From the IMG/VR virus record IMGVR_UViG_2541047934_000004, positions 1 to 27,052 of that record: 27,052 nt of DNA. One strand, written 5' to 3'. The notes under the pieces were generated by a model. That model worked only from the letters and a program-made list of their open reading frames with translations, ran no database searches and was not told the origin of the DNA. This DNA is from a virus (Duplodnaviria > Heunggongvirae > Uroviricota > Caudoviricetes). Of this stretch, positions 1-7,842 are shown in pieces; position 1 is the stretch's first letter, and every line of letters starts with the position of its first letter. A program made the position numbers and the translations under genes.

Positions 1-255
1 ACCGGATATTGTTGTCGGAGATGTAAAGGCCTTGCACTGTCAAGAACATCGAGGCGTCTGTCTCAGGAAGTCACCGAGCGTTTTTATGTGTGCACGGAGC
101 CGGGTTGTGGTCTGGTGTTTAAAACGCTTCAGACCATCAACCGCTTCATTGTTCGCCCGGTCACGCCGGACGAACTGGCAGAAAGCCTGCATGAAAAACA
201 GGAACTGCCGCCAGTACGGTTAAAAACACAATCATATTCGCTGCGTCTGGAATGA
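1..255 (+). CDS. delta: Delta/Ogr-family zinc-finger late-gene activator, C-terminal part (5' end outside window)
   Basis: Frame 1 is open from position 1 to TGA at 253-255. Translation ...CCRRCKGLALSRTSRRLSQEVTERFYVCTEPGCGLVFKTLQTINRFIVRP... carries the Ogr signature (C-x2-C, RTSR, ERY/F, second Cys pair, R-x-IV-P). It lies immediately upstream of psu as in the P4 sid-delta-psu operon. The listed ORF 32..223 is in another frame. Confidence 0.7.
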   Translation, partial: TGYCCRRCKGLALSRTSRRLSQEVTERFYVCTEPGCGLVFKTLQTINRFIVRPVTPDELAESLHEKQELPPVRLKTQSYSLRLE

Positions 256-328
256 GGGCTGCCGGTTAACCCCGGCCGTCGCCGCACACCGTATTTTTAT
301 TCTTCAGCATGATGAGAAAGAGATAACG

Positions 329-901
329 ATGGAAAGCACAGCCTTACAGCAGGCCTTTGACACCTGTCAGAATAACAAAGCAGCATGGCTGCAACGCAAA
401 AATGAGCTGGCTGCGGCCGAACAGGAATATCTGCGGCTTCTGTCCGGGGAAGGCAGAAACGTCAGTCGCCTGGACGAATTACGCAATATTATCGAAGTCA
501 GAAAATGGCAGGTGAATCAGGCTGCCGGTCGTTATATTCGTTCGCATGAAGCCGTTCAGCACATCAGCATCCGCGACCGGCTGAATGATTTTATGCTGCA
601 GCACGGCACAGCACTGGCGGCCGCACTGGCACCGGAGCTGATGGGCTACAGTGAGCTGACGGCCATTGCCCGAAACTGTGCCATACAGCGTGCCACAGAT
701 GCCCTGCGTGAAGCCCTCCTGTCCTGGCTTGCGAAGGGTGAAAAAATTAATTATTCCGCACAGGATAGCGACATTTTAACGACCATCGGATTCAGGCCTG
801 ACGCGGCTTCGGTGGATGACAGCCGTGAAAAATTCACCCCTGCGCAGAACATGATTTTTTCGCGTAAAAGTGCGCAACTGGCATCACGTCAGTCTGTGTA
901 A
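329..901 (+). CDS. psu: Psu, polarity suppression / capsid decoration protein (P4-like)
   Basis: 190-aa ORF whose translation (MESTALQQAFDTCQNNKAAWLQRKNELAAAEQEYLRLL...) matches the P4 Psu protein as I recall it, at the expected length and position (after delta, before cos). Confidence 0.85.
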   Translation: MESTALQQAFDTCQNNKAAWLQRKNELAAAEQEYLRLLSGEGRNVSRLDELRNIIEVRKWQVNQAAGRYIRSHEAVQHISIRDRLNDFMLQHGTALAAALAPELMGYSELTAIARNCAIQRATDALREALLSWLAKGEKINYSAQDSDILTTIGFRPDAASVDDSREKFTPAQNMIFSRKSAQLASRQSV

Positions 902-935
902 AACTCCCCGAAAATCCGCCCGTTTTACTGAAAAA

Positions 936-975
936 AGCCATGCATCGATAAGGTGCATGGCTTTGCATGCGTTTT
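936..975 (+). terminator. Rho-independent terminator after psu
   Basis: Perfect 9-bp stem agccatgca / tgcatggct (936-944 and 954-962) with a 9-nt loop, followed by ttgcatgcgtttt. Confidence 0.5.
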
Positions 976-1064
976 CCTGCCTCATTTTCTGTAAACCGTG
1001 CCATTCCCGGCGCGGTCTGAGCGTGTCAGTACAACTGCATTAAAACCGCCCCGCAAAGCGGGCG

Positions 1065-1083
1065 GGCGAGGCGGGGAAAGCAC
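1065..1083. other. cos cohesive-end 19-mer of P2/P4 type (satellite packaging site)
   Basis: Exact string ggcgaggcggggaaagcac, which is the 19-nt cohesive-end sequence of P2/P4 as I recall it, at the position expected for P4 cos (between psu and the cargo/int region). Confidence 0.7.
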
Positions 1084-1110
1084 TGCGCGCAGTATAAGAA
1101 TTAAATAGGT

Positions 1111-1128
1111 ATGGATTTTAAAATCCAT
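1111..1128 (-). terminator. Perfect 18-bp palindrome overlapping the stop codon of the NACHT gene (possible terminator or protein-binding site)
   Basis: atggattttaaaatccat is a perfect palindrome. It overlaps the stop codon of the minus-strand 652-aa ORF and lies 28 nt from the cos 19-mer. No strong U-tract follows, so the terminator call is weak. Confidence 0.3.
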
Positions 1129-3076
1129 CAAGTAGCTGATTGATACCATTGCTCTCATCACAATTTATTTGCTCTAACTCAAATAAAGCACTGTCGTACT
1201 TTATTTGGGGAGTGTTTTCAAATGACAATAAAGATTCGATTAGTCTTATTTCTTTATCTTTATTTATGTCTTTAAGTGAGTCTAAAGTTAAATTGAATTT
1301 AACTTCGGGTTGTTTTCCTACTTCCATCATGATATTTGACTCCAACTCTGGATCAGTATTGAAGAATCGATGTGTCTTATGGAAATAACTAGGTTTTCTT
1401 GATTTTAAAATACTTAGTATATCCGACTTGATAGTGCTTTCCCGTGCTATCACAAGCCAATGGTTGGCAACCCCTGTGATGGTGGTAATGATGTGGGAGC
1501 CATTTTCACTTAGTTCATTAAAGGCTCTTAAGTCACCCTTGAAAAAATCATTTAGCAACTCATTTTCTTTATCTTTATCAAAAAGGTAAATTATTGAATT
1601 GCCGGCTAATGATATTTCAGCCTTGGTTTTTATAGTATCGCAATTAAATTGCGCGGTCTCATTTTTTAATTCTTCGTAAGATGATTTTAAGTCTAAAAGC
1701 AAGCATTTTATTATACTTGATCTGAAAGATGAGTAATCAATATCAGCACAAAGTGAAAATAAATTTCTGTGACGAATGGATTCAGGGCTGTAATATAGCT
1801 TTGTTAATATTTCTTTTTGGCGTTCTTTTGTGTCACGACAGATAAACATAGCTGCAAAATATTCCATTAATGATTTGTGTGACCAACGAATAATAGCGCC
1901 TTCTTTGACAAATAATGGAACGGTTTCAATTAAGTCCTGAATAAAAAGAGATGGTGAAGTTGATATTCCGGGAATTTTTGAAATGATATTTTGCAATGTT
2001 ATTTGCAGATCGTCTTTCGTAAACTCAATTTTACCTCCGTCTTTCAAACACCAAAAACCTAATCTCCTTAAGACCTGATGGAAGTCAGTGGAGTCTAGCT
2101 TAGAAAATTTTTCTCTAACATAACCAAGTTCTTTAGTTAAATCATGAGACTCATACAAAGCGTCAAATACTTGGCTATAAAATAACTCTCTTTTTCTTGG
2201 TATTATCGGTTTGAATTTATATGCACAAAATAATAATGAAACATAAAGAGGTGTGGATAAAAATTCATTTAGATTATGACCATTCTCCAGTCGTAATCCT
2301 TTAATTAATTGAGATGAAATAGGGCCACGTCCATCATATCGACGTAATAGATCATACGCTTGATTCGTTTCTAATGGGTTGATTTTAAATCTTGAGAAAC
2401 CATGTAGTTCTGATAAGAAATTATCATGACGAGAAGTTATAATTATTTTGCTTTCTGAGAAATTATTAGCAAAGGTACTTAGTAAATTTACGATCTTGGA
2501 TTTGAGTTGTTGTGGGATTTCATCTATGCCATCGAAAAGATAAATAAAAGGGATTTTTTTGAGGCAGTTGTCTGAAATGTCTTCTCCTAAACCAAGTTGA
2601 TGTTTCACCTGTAGCGCAAAATCATAATCTTTAGCACGTCGTAATTCAATGTATATTGGAATGTATTCCTTATTAGCGATGCAATCTAAAGCAATTCTTT
2701 TCATTAGGGTGGACTTACCCATTCCTGCTGAGTCAGTGATTAATATATGATTGAAATTATCTAATAAATCTGCATTGTCTTTTATTAGGCATGTGTATGG
2801 TTTTTTTTCATTATCGTAATAAATGCTCATTGGCTCATAAATATCTAGAAGCTCTACTGGAGTATTTTGAAAAGCTAAGGTATTCACAAGGGAGCATTGC
2901 CCTTTCACATTTGATAGGAAACGTTCAAGATTTTTATTCAAGAAGCGTGCTGCATGTACATCTATTAAATAATTACGAACACTACTTTCTATGATAGGTA
3001 ATATTTTATTCTTAATAACCTCCTTTGCCCATGGAAGGGATGCAGAGACTAATACATCAAGAGATACTGGTTGCAT
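1118..3076 (-). CDS. NACHT/STAND-family P-loop NTPase (652 aa), candidate anti-phage NLR-like protein in the P4 accessory hotspot
   Basis: Walker A ILITDSAGMGKSTLMKRIA (GMGKST encoded at 2725-2708), NACHT-type Walker B IPFIYLFDGIDEI (hhhhDGxDE) and a downstream IIITSR motif. About 110 aa precede the P-loop and about 330 aa follow the NTPase core. ATG at 3076 is 3 nt after the integrase stop. The gene is visibly AT-rich compared with flanking genes. Confidence 0.75.
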   Translation of the reverse strand: MQPVSLDVLVSASLPWAKEVIKNKILPIIESSVRNYLIDVHAARFLNKNLERFLSNVKGQCSLVNTLAFQNTPVELLDIYEPMSIYYDNEKKPYTCLIKDNADLLDNFNHILITDSAGMGKSTLMKRIALDCIANKEYIPIYIELRRAKDYDFALQVKHQLGLGEDISDNCLKKIPFIYLFDGIDEIPQQLKSKIVNLLSTFANNFSESKIIITSRHDNFLSELHGFSRFKINPLETNQAYDLLRRYDGRGPISSQLIKGLRLENGHNLNEFLSTPLYVSLLFCAYKFKPIIPRKRELFYSQVFDALYESHDLTKELGYVREKFSKLDSTDFHQVLRRLGFWCLKDGGKIEFTKDDLQITLQNIISKIPGISTSPSLFIQDLIETVPLFVKEGAIIRWSHKSLMEYFAAMFICRDTKERQKEILTKLYYSPESIRHRNLFSLCADIDYSSFRSSIIKCLLLDLKSSYEELKNETAQFNCDTIKTKAEISLAGNSIIYLFDKDKENELLNDFFKGDLRAFNELSENGSHIITTITGVANHWLVIARESTIKSDILSILKSRKPSYFHKTHRFFNTDPELESNIMMEVGKQPEVKFNLTLDSLKDINKDKEIRLIESLLSFENTPQIKYDSALFELEQINCDESNGINQLLDGF

Positions 3077-3079
3077 GAA

Positions 3080-4288
3080 TTATACCTTATTTTCTACGTT
3101 TAAATTTTTGACCTTAAGTCCCCACCAGTTCATTAAATCGATTCTGGTATGTAAATATGTTGAGCGGTTATATGCTCTTCTAACTTCGTTTTTGTCAGAG
3201 TGCGCTAAAGCAGCTTCAATGACATCTGGGTTAAAACCTCTTTCATTCATGGCTGTACTTGCTATTGAACGTAGACCATGAGCAACCAGCTTCCCGCCAT
3301 AACCAATACGTTTTAAAGCAGCATTAGCAGTTTGGCTATTCATTGGCTGTTTTGGGTCATTTCTACTGGGAAAAACATGTTCACGATGAGCACTGATTGG
3401 TTTCATTACCTCCAGAATCTCTATTGCCTGAGGTGATAAAGGAACAATGTGTTCCCGCTTAGCTTTCATCCGTTCGGCTGGAATAGTCCAGAGCTTTGCG
3501 TCAAGATCGATCTCTGCCCAACGAGCACCGGAAGCTTCAGAAGGGCGCACAAGGGTCAGAAGCTGCCACTCAATTAGACAGCGAGTCGAAACAGAGAGGT
3601 TCGACATCACCAAAGAGCGCATGAGTTTTGGTAATTCTTCAGGTCGTAGCGTTGGCATGTGTTGCTTTTTGGGTTTCTCAAATGCCATACCAATACCAGA
3701 TGCCGGGTTTGCATCAATCAGGCCAGTGTTGACGGCGTAGATCATGATTTCGTTAATACGCTGCACCAGTCGACGTACAGTCTCTAGCGCCCCACGTGCT
3801 TTGATTGGCTCAAGGGTTTCAACTAGTGTTCGGGCTTTGATTTGCTGGACAGGGATCTCCCCGATGACAGGGAATACGTCTTTTTCCAGTGACCGCCATA
3901 TATCTTTAGCGTAATCGGGTGTAACGCTTTTGCTTTTGAGCTGGAACCAGTTAGCGGCGACCGTTGAAAAAATACTGTCCAGAGCGATTTGCTGCTGTTC
4001 CTCTGCAACTTCGGCCTGAATTTGCGGGTCAATTCCGTTGGCTAACAAAGCAAGGTAATCCGCTCTTAACCGTCGAGCATCAGCAAGTGAAAGGGCGGGG
4101 AAAGCACCAAGCCCCATCATTGTCCGCTGTTTTGTTGCTGGACGTTGATAACGGAAACGCCACAACTTCTTACCGTTCGTTTTAACGAGCAGAAAAAGAC
4201 CATCGCCATCATGTAACGTTAGATCCTTTTCTAACGCTCTAGCGCGCAGAACTTCTGTGCTGGTCAGGGGGCGTGTCGTTCTTGCCAC
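3080..4288 (-). CDS. int: Tyrosine integrase, P4/CP4-57 (IntA) type
   Basis: 402-aa ORF, N-terminus MARTTRPLTSTEVLRARALEKDLTLHDGDGLFLLVKTNGKKLWRFRYQRP typical of P4-family integrases; C-terminal catalytic region with HGLR and a conserved Tyr context. GTG start with aaggag RBS. Directly downstream of a tmRNA 3'-end copy, as for ssrA-intA. Confidence 0.9.
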   Translation of the reverse strand: MARTTRPLTSTEVLRARALEKDLTLHDGDGLFLLVKTNGKKLWRFRYQRPATKQRTMMGLGAFPALSLADARRLRADYLALLANGIDPQIQAEVAEEQQQIALDSIFSTVAANWFQLKSKSVTPDYAKDIWRSLEKDVFPVIGEIPVQQIKARTLVETLEPIKARGALETVRRLVQRINEIMIYAVNTGLIDANPASGIGMAFEKPKKQHMPTLRPEELPKLMRSLVMSNLSVSTRCLIEWQLLTLVRPSEASGARWAEIDLDAKLWTIPAERMKAKREHIVPLSPQAIEILEVMKPISAHREHVFPSRNDPKQPMNSQTANAALKRIGYGGKLVAHGLRSIASTAMNERGFNPDVIEAALAHSDKNEVRRAYNRSTYLHTRIDLMNWWGLKVKNLNVENKV

Positions 4289-4310
4289 TGTGGCCGCTCC
4301 TTCATTAATT

Positions 4311-4358
4311 GGTATACGCGTTTAGGTAAACATCCTACCGTATACCTAAACGTATACC
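4311..4358. promoter_or_regulatory. Inverted/direct ggtatacg repeats between att core and int start (candidate integrase arm sites or int operator)
   Basis: ggtatacgcgtttaggta (4311-4328) is an inverted copy of tacctaaacgtatacc (4343-4358); cgtatacc also occurs at 4339-4346. Confidence 0.35.
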
Positions 4359-4400
4359 AATAATCACTGGATTTAGCTGGATATCCTCGGACAACGGTAG

Positions 4401-4436
4401 ACACAAAAAAGCCCGCAGAGCTTGTGCCATGCGGGC
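4401..4436 (-). terminator. Rho-independent terminator immediately 3' of the tmRNA 3'-end copy (minus strand)
   Basis: On the minus strand: stem gcccgc, 14-nt loop, stem gcgggc, then tttttt (complement of aaaaaa at 4405-4410). It lies about 35 nt downstream of the CCA end of the tmRNA segment. Confidence 0.55.
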
Positions 4437-4472
4437 TTTCAGGATTTCTCCGGACGTATCCGGAAGAGCAAG

Positions 4473-4517
4473 TGGTGGAGCTGGCGGGAGTTGAACCCGC
4501 GTCCGAAATTCCTACAT
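4473..4517 (-). other. ssrA: 45-nt copy of the ssrA (tmRNA) 3' end = attachment core (attL/attR junction); not a complete tmRNA gene
   Basis: Minus strand reads atgtaggaatttcggacgcgggttcaactcccgccagctccacca, matching the 3'-terminal T-arm/acceptor end of enterobacterial tmRNA as I recall it. Upstream of it (plus coordinates above 4517) the sequence does not continue as tmRNA, so only the terminal ~45 nt are present here. Confidence 0.7.
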
Positions 4518-4602
4518 AGCATTTCAATGTCTGTAAAAACAATGATTTGCTTTGATTTTCAGTTGGTTAGATTTATGCGGTGTCTGTCCGTTTTATGGGT
4601 TT

Positions 4603-5271
4603 TTAACTTTCTGCCGCCAAAGTGCCGCCACTGCATTTGTCGCCTAAACGCCTATTCGAAACGATTAATCTCTCGGCGATCTTAATCTTGGAGAGCTTAT
4701 CTAGGCAGATAAAGCATATTGCTACTCCCGATACCACAAAATAGCTGCTTAAACCAAAGTATTGCCAAGTAGTTAGATGGTTTATCTTCTCCATCATCTT
4801 AGCACTTACTACAACAGAATAACTGAAAGGAAGTGCTACGATGAGACTGCTCATGAAGTAAATTAGAGTTGTTATGATTTTTATTAATTTTCTATATATG
4901 CTGTATTTATATCTTTTTTTATTCCATGCGAATATTTCTTTATGGGTGGTAATGGAAATTAGACTTTGACATTTGGAATAATTATCTATATCGCTAACGG
5001 GGTTTGTTGTGTTGAGTAATATTAATCTTTGTTTTTTTGTCAATGTGTTATCTTTGGTTAATGCAGCAATGCCGTAATCTTCCGCCAGTTTTTTGAAGGT
5101 CGGATCTTCACTGCTTTTATACATCTGATATGAAAATTCGCTAATGTTTTTACGTGATGTGAATAGTTTATCTTTTTTATAAGTCCACCCTGTTTTAAGC
5201 CCTAATAAGGATATAATGGCAGATAGGGAAGGGAATAATATTTTTATAAGTAACTCTAGTTCGCTATTCAT
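4603..5271 (-). CDS. Hypothetical membrane protein (222 aa), AT-rich cargo ORF between helper-prophage int and the att junction
   Basis: ATG at 5271 lies 10 nt after the int stop, same strand. Hydrophobic segments LLIKILFPSLSAIISLLGL, IITTLIYFMSSLIVALPFSYSVVV and YFGLSSYFVVSGVAICFICL suggest about three TM helices. Strongly AT-rich except the last ~25 codons (4603-4690), which are G+C-richer. Confidence 0.6.
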   Translation of the reverse strand: MNSELELLIKILFPSLSAIISLLGLKTGWTYKKDKLFTSRKNISEFSYQMYKSSEDPTFKKLAEDYGIAALTKDNTLTKKQRLILLNTTNPVSDIDNYSKCQSLISITTHKEIFAWNKKRYKYSIYRKLIKIITTLIYFMSSLIVALPFSYSVVVSAKMMEKINHLTTWQYFGLSSYFVVSGVAICFICLDKLSKIKIAERLIVSNRRLGDKCSGGTLAAES

Positions 5272-5281
5272 AAATTACTAC

Positions 5282-6298
5282 TTACCTCAAATTAAATAAA
5301 GGATTTTTAGTTACGGCATCTTCTAAATGGTCTGGGGCGAAGTGTGCATAGACCATGGTCATTTTTATATCTGAATGTCCTAGGATATCCCGCAAAACCA
5401 ATATGTTTCCACCATTCATCATAAAATGGCTAGCGAATGTATGACGCAGAACGTGAGTACATTGACCCTCTGGCAGATCGATACCAGCCCGCTTTACTGC
5501 ACGCTCAAAGGCTTTTCTGCATGGGGTGAATAACTTCCCCCTATTCTTAGGCAGTTCTTCATATAAATCCTTAGAAATAGGCACAGTTCGGTTTTTCTTG
5601 CCTTTGGTCTTGGTATAAGTGATACGGTATTTTGATACCTGATGACTCTGCAGGTTTTCGGCTTCGCTCCAGCGTGCGCCGGTGGCCAGGCATATTTTTG
5701 CAATCAAAAGCAGGCTGGAGCTTTGAGAATCGGCGCAGGCATCCAGCAGACGTTTAATTTCTTCCGGGGTCAGGAACGCCAATTCACTCTCAGCAATTTT
5801 AAATGTTGGCAGCCCAGCAAGCGGGTTGGGGGCTGACCAGTGGCCCAGCTTTTTCAGCGTACCAAAAACAGATGATAGATTGCGCTGTTCAAGGTTTACC
5901 GTGCGGGGCTTAACGGGCGACATAAACGTGCCATCTTCATTTCGTACTTCACCTTTTAACCGTGCTTCGCGGTATTTCGTAAAGTCACCGGCTGTCAGTT
6001 CTGAGGCGATGGGGTCGCCTAGACCATTACAGATAATTCTAAGTTTCGCCATGAGGCGCTTGGGGTCTGCGAGTGTCTGACCATACAGGGAATACCAAAG
6101 CTCAATTAATTCTGATAGGTGTCGCCGATCATCCTTTTCTCCTAACCACGGTTTTTTGTTCACTTCTTCCATTGTGAAGCTTTCAAATGCAATGGCTTCG
6201 CCTTTGGTAGCAAATTGCTTACGCACGCGCTTACCATTGCGTCCATTGGGATAGCACTCACACAACCATTTTCCGTTCGGCTGTTTTCTGATGGTCAT
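5282..6298 (-). CDS. int: Tyrosine integrase, P2/186 type
   Basis: 338-aa ORF; N-terminus MTIRKQPNGKWLCECYPNGRNGKRVRKQFATKGEA resembles P2 Int; C-terminal HVLRHTFASHFMMNGG...LGHSDIKMTMVYAHF carries the R-H-R-Y catalytic context. Sits 3 nt downstream of the repressor gene on the same strand, as in the P2 C-int operon. Confidence 0.9.
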   Translation of the reverse strand: MTIRKQPNGKWLCECYPNGRNGKRVRKQFATKGEAIAFESFTMEEVNKKPWLGEKDDRRHLSELIELWYSLYGQTLADPKRLMAKLRIICNGLGDPIASELTAGDFTKYREARLKGEVRNEDGTFMSPVKPRTVNLEQRNLSSVFGTLKKLGHWSAPNPLAGLPTFKIAESELAFLTPEEIKRLLDACADSQSSSLLLIAKICLATGARWSEAENLQSHQVSKYRITYTKTKGKKNRTVPISKDLYEELPKNRGKLFTPCRKAFERAVKRAGIDLPEGQCTHVLRHTFASHFMMNGGNILVLRDILGHSDIKMTMVYAHFAPDHLEDAVTKNPLFNLR

Positions 6299-6301
6299 AA
6301 G

Positions 6302-6934
6302 TTAGAGGTTCTTGATTACTTTGACTGCACGTCCTACGACTTCCACATCATCTACAGAACATTCAAATGAAGTGTCATCTTGGCTAACTACTATTTTGTT
6401 TCCGGGTATGCGCGCAATTTTGACGATGCTTTTAACTCCGTCCATATCGACTAACCAGAAGCCATTACTGACTTGTTTAACGGACGTATCCACTACAAAG
6501 CTATTATTAGCTGTTTTAACAAATAAAGCGTTGGATGAGTCACCATCGAGCAGGCTGCTATCAATAAGAATTTCATCACTTGCCTGCAGTTCGCCGTTCT
6601 TCAGTTCAACACGTTTGATGCTAGGAGCAACGATCTTAGAAAGTGGTCTTACAGTGACGGGAGGTTCATTTTTGAGATTTGTTTCTTCGTTCTCACACGC
6701 ATACATATCTCCTTGACCAGTAGCCAGCCATAGAAGGGAAGCTCCTGTTTCAAGGGCACATTGAATTACCCATTCGGCAGGAAAGCTATCCCTTAAGTAT
6801 CTGTTAGCCATAGTGCTTTTGGATACTTCCAGATGTTCGCAGAGCTGCTGTCGTGAGCTGAAGTTGTAAGCCTTAATAAGCCTGTTAATTGCATCGCGCC
6901 CACCACTATCATTTCCCGCTTTGATTAAGCTCAT
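6302..6934 (-). CDS. cI: CI-type immunity repressor (186-like, HTH N-terminal domain)
   Basis: About 210 aa; N-terminal HTH-like segment (SSRQQLCEHLEVSKSTMANRYLRD); position between int and the divergent early promoter. Start chosen at ATG 6934 (aagagg RBS) rather than the TTG at 6940 listed in the ORF track. Confidence 0.75.
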   Translation of the reverse strand: MSLIKAGNDSGGRDAINRLIKAYNFSSRQQLCEHLEVSKSTMANRYLRDSFPAEWVIQCALETGASLLWLATGQGDMYACENEETNLKNEPPVTVRPLSKIVAPSIKRVELKNGELQASDEILIDSSLLDGDSSNALFVKTANNSFVVDTSVKQVSNGFWLVDMDGVKSIVKIARIPGNKIVVSQDDTSFECSVDDVEVVGRAVKVIKNL

Positions 6935-6945
6935 AATCAAACCTC

Positions 6946-6974
6946 TTGACGTATATAAAAAGTGATCTTAATAT
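6946..6974 (+). promoter_or_regulatory. Sigma70-type early lytic promoter (pR-like) in the cI/apl intergenic switch region
   Basis: ttgacg (6946-6951), 17-nt spacer, taatat (6969-6974); about 75 nt upstream of apl. Overlaps the cI translation-initiation region. Confidence 0.6.
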
Positions 6975-7050
6975 CCATTCATGGTTTGAAAAGCAAAACC
7001 AAACCACATAAAACAAGATAAAACGAAACCAAACTAAGAGATACTGCACT

Positions 7051-7293
7051 ATGAGTACTGATATTTCAATTCGTGTACCAAAAGAGATGGCAACGCCTGC
7101 TGAGTTCGCTGAATGGGAAGGTATCTCCCGCGGCTCTGTGTATCAAAAAATTCACCATGGTCAGCTTGCTAAATACATGGTCAAGAAGGAAAAAAACAAA
7201 GGCCGCGTAAGCCTGCGTTATTTAATGTACAAAACCGATCAGGTCCGTGAATCCCTCGGTCATTCCAACTTCCGCGTCATTGTTGGTAAGTAA
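7051..7293 (+). CDS. apl: Apl/Cox-like excisionase/early regulator (small HTH protein)
   Basis: 80-aa ORF, first gene of the rightward early operon opposite cI; HTH-like segment PAEFAEWEGISRGSVYQKIHHGQL. Confidence 0.7.
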   Translation: MSTDISIRVPKEMATPAEFAEWEGISRGSVYQKIHHGQLAKYMVKKEKNKGRVSLRYLMYKTDQVRESLGHSNFRVIVGK

Positions 7294-7325
7294 GTTCAAT
7301 TATGAGAACTTTCTAAGGGGGTAGC

Positions 7326-7835
7326 ATGTTTGATTATAAGATTTCCAAACACCCGCATTTTGATGAAGCCTGTAGAGCTTTTGCACTTCGTCACAATATG
7401 GCGAAGCTGGCAGAACGTGCAGGAATGAATGTCCAGACTCTGCGAAACAAACTCAACCCAGATCAACCGCATCAGCTCAATGCGCCAGAAATCTGGCTGC
7501 TTACCGATCTGACTGAAGATTCAACGCTGATAGATGGTTTTCTGGCACAGATTCACTGCCTGCCATGTGTACCGATTAATGAGGTAGCAAAAGAGAAACT
7601 GCCGCATTACGTCATGAGTGCAACCGCAGAGATCGGGCGTGTTGCTGCAGGTGCGGTATCTGGCGATGTAAAAACCAGTGCCGGTCGTCGTGATGCCATC
7701 AGCAGCATTAATTCTGTAACACGACTGATGGCGCTGGCGGCTGTTTCATTGCAGGCCCGTTTACAGGCTAACCCTGCGATGGCGAGTGCAGTTGATACTG
7801 TGACTGGTCTCGGTGCTTCATTCGGTTTGCTGTGA
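7326..7835 (+). CDS. cII: CII-like lysogeny establishment regulator (186-type)
   Basis: 169-aa ORF immediately after apl with RBS aaggggg; length and position match 186 CII. Confidence 0.7.
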   Translation: MFDYKISKHPHFDEACRAFALRHNMAKLAERAGMNVQTLRNKLNPDQPHQLNAPEIWLLTDLTEDSTLIDGFLAQIHCLPCVPINEVAKEKLPHYVMSATAEIGRVAAGAVSGDVKTSAGRRDAISSINSVTRLMALAAVSLQARLQANPAMASAVDTVTGLGASFGLL

Positions 7836-7842
7836 GGTGCTT

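Noticed and set aside
32-223. Listed 63-aa ORF (frame 2) at the window start
   Set aside because: Frame 1 over the same bases encodes a clear Ogr/Delta-family zinc-finger sequence running from position 1 to 255; the frame-2 ORF is an overlapping artefact.
3447-4185. Plus-strand ORFs 3447-3740 and 3964-4185 and minus-strand 3823-4032
   Set aside because: Overlap the P4-type integrase gene in other frames; the integrase frame has clear family signatures.
4473-4517. Possible complete tmRNA (ssrA) gene
   Set aside because: Only the 3'-terminal 45 nt match tmRNA; the sequence immediately 5' of it on the minus strand diverges, so this is an att-site copy, not a gene.
6312-6716. 134-aa plus-strand ORF
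   Set aside because: Antisense to the CI repressor gene; Ser/Thr/Leu-rich translation without start context.
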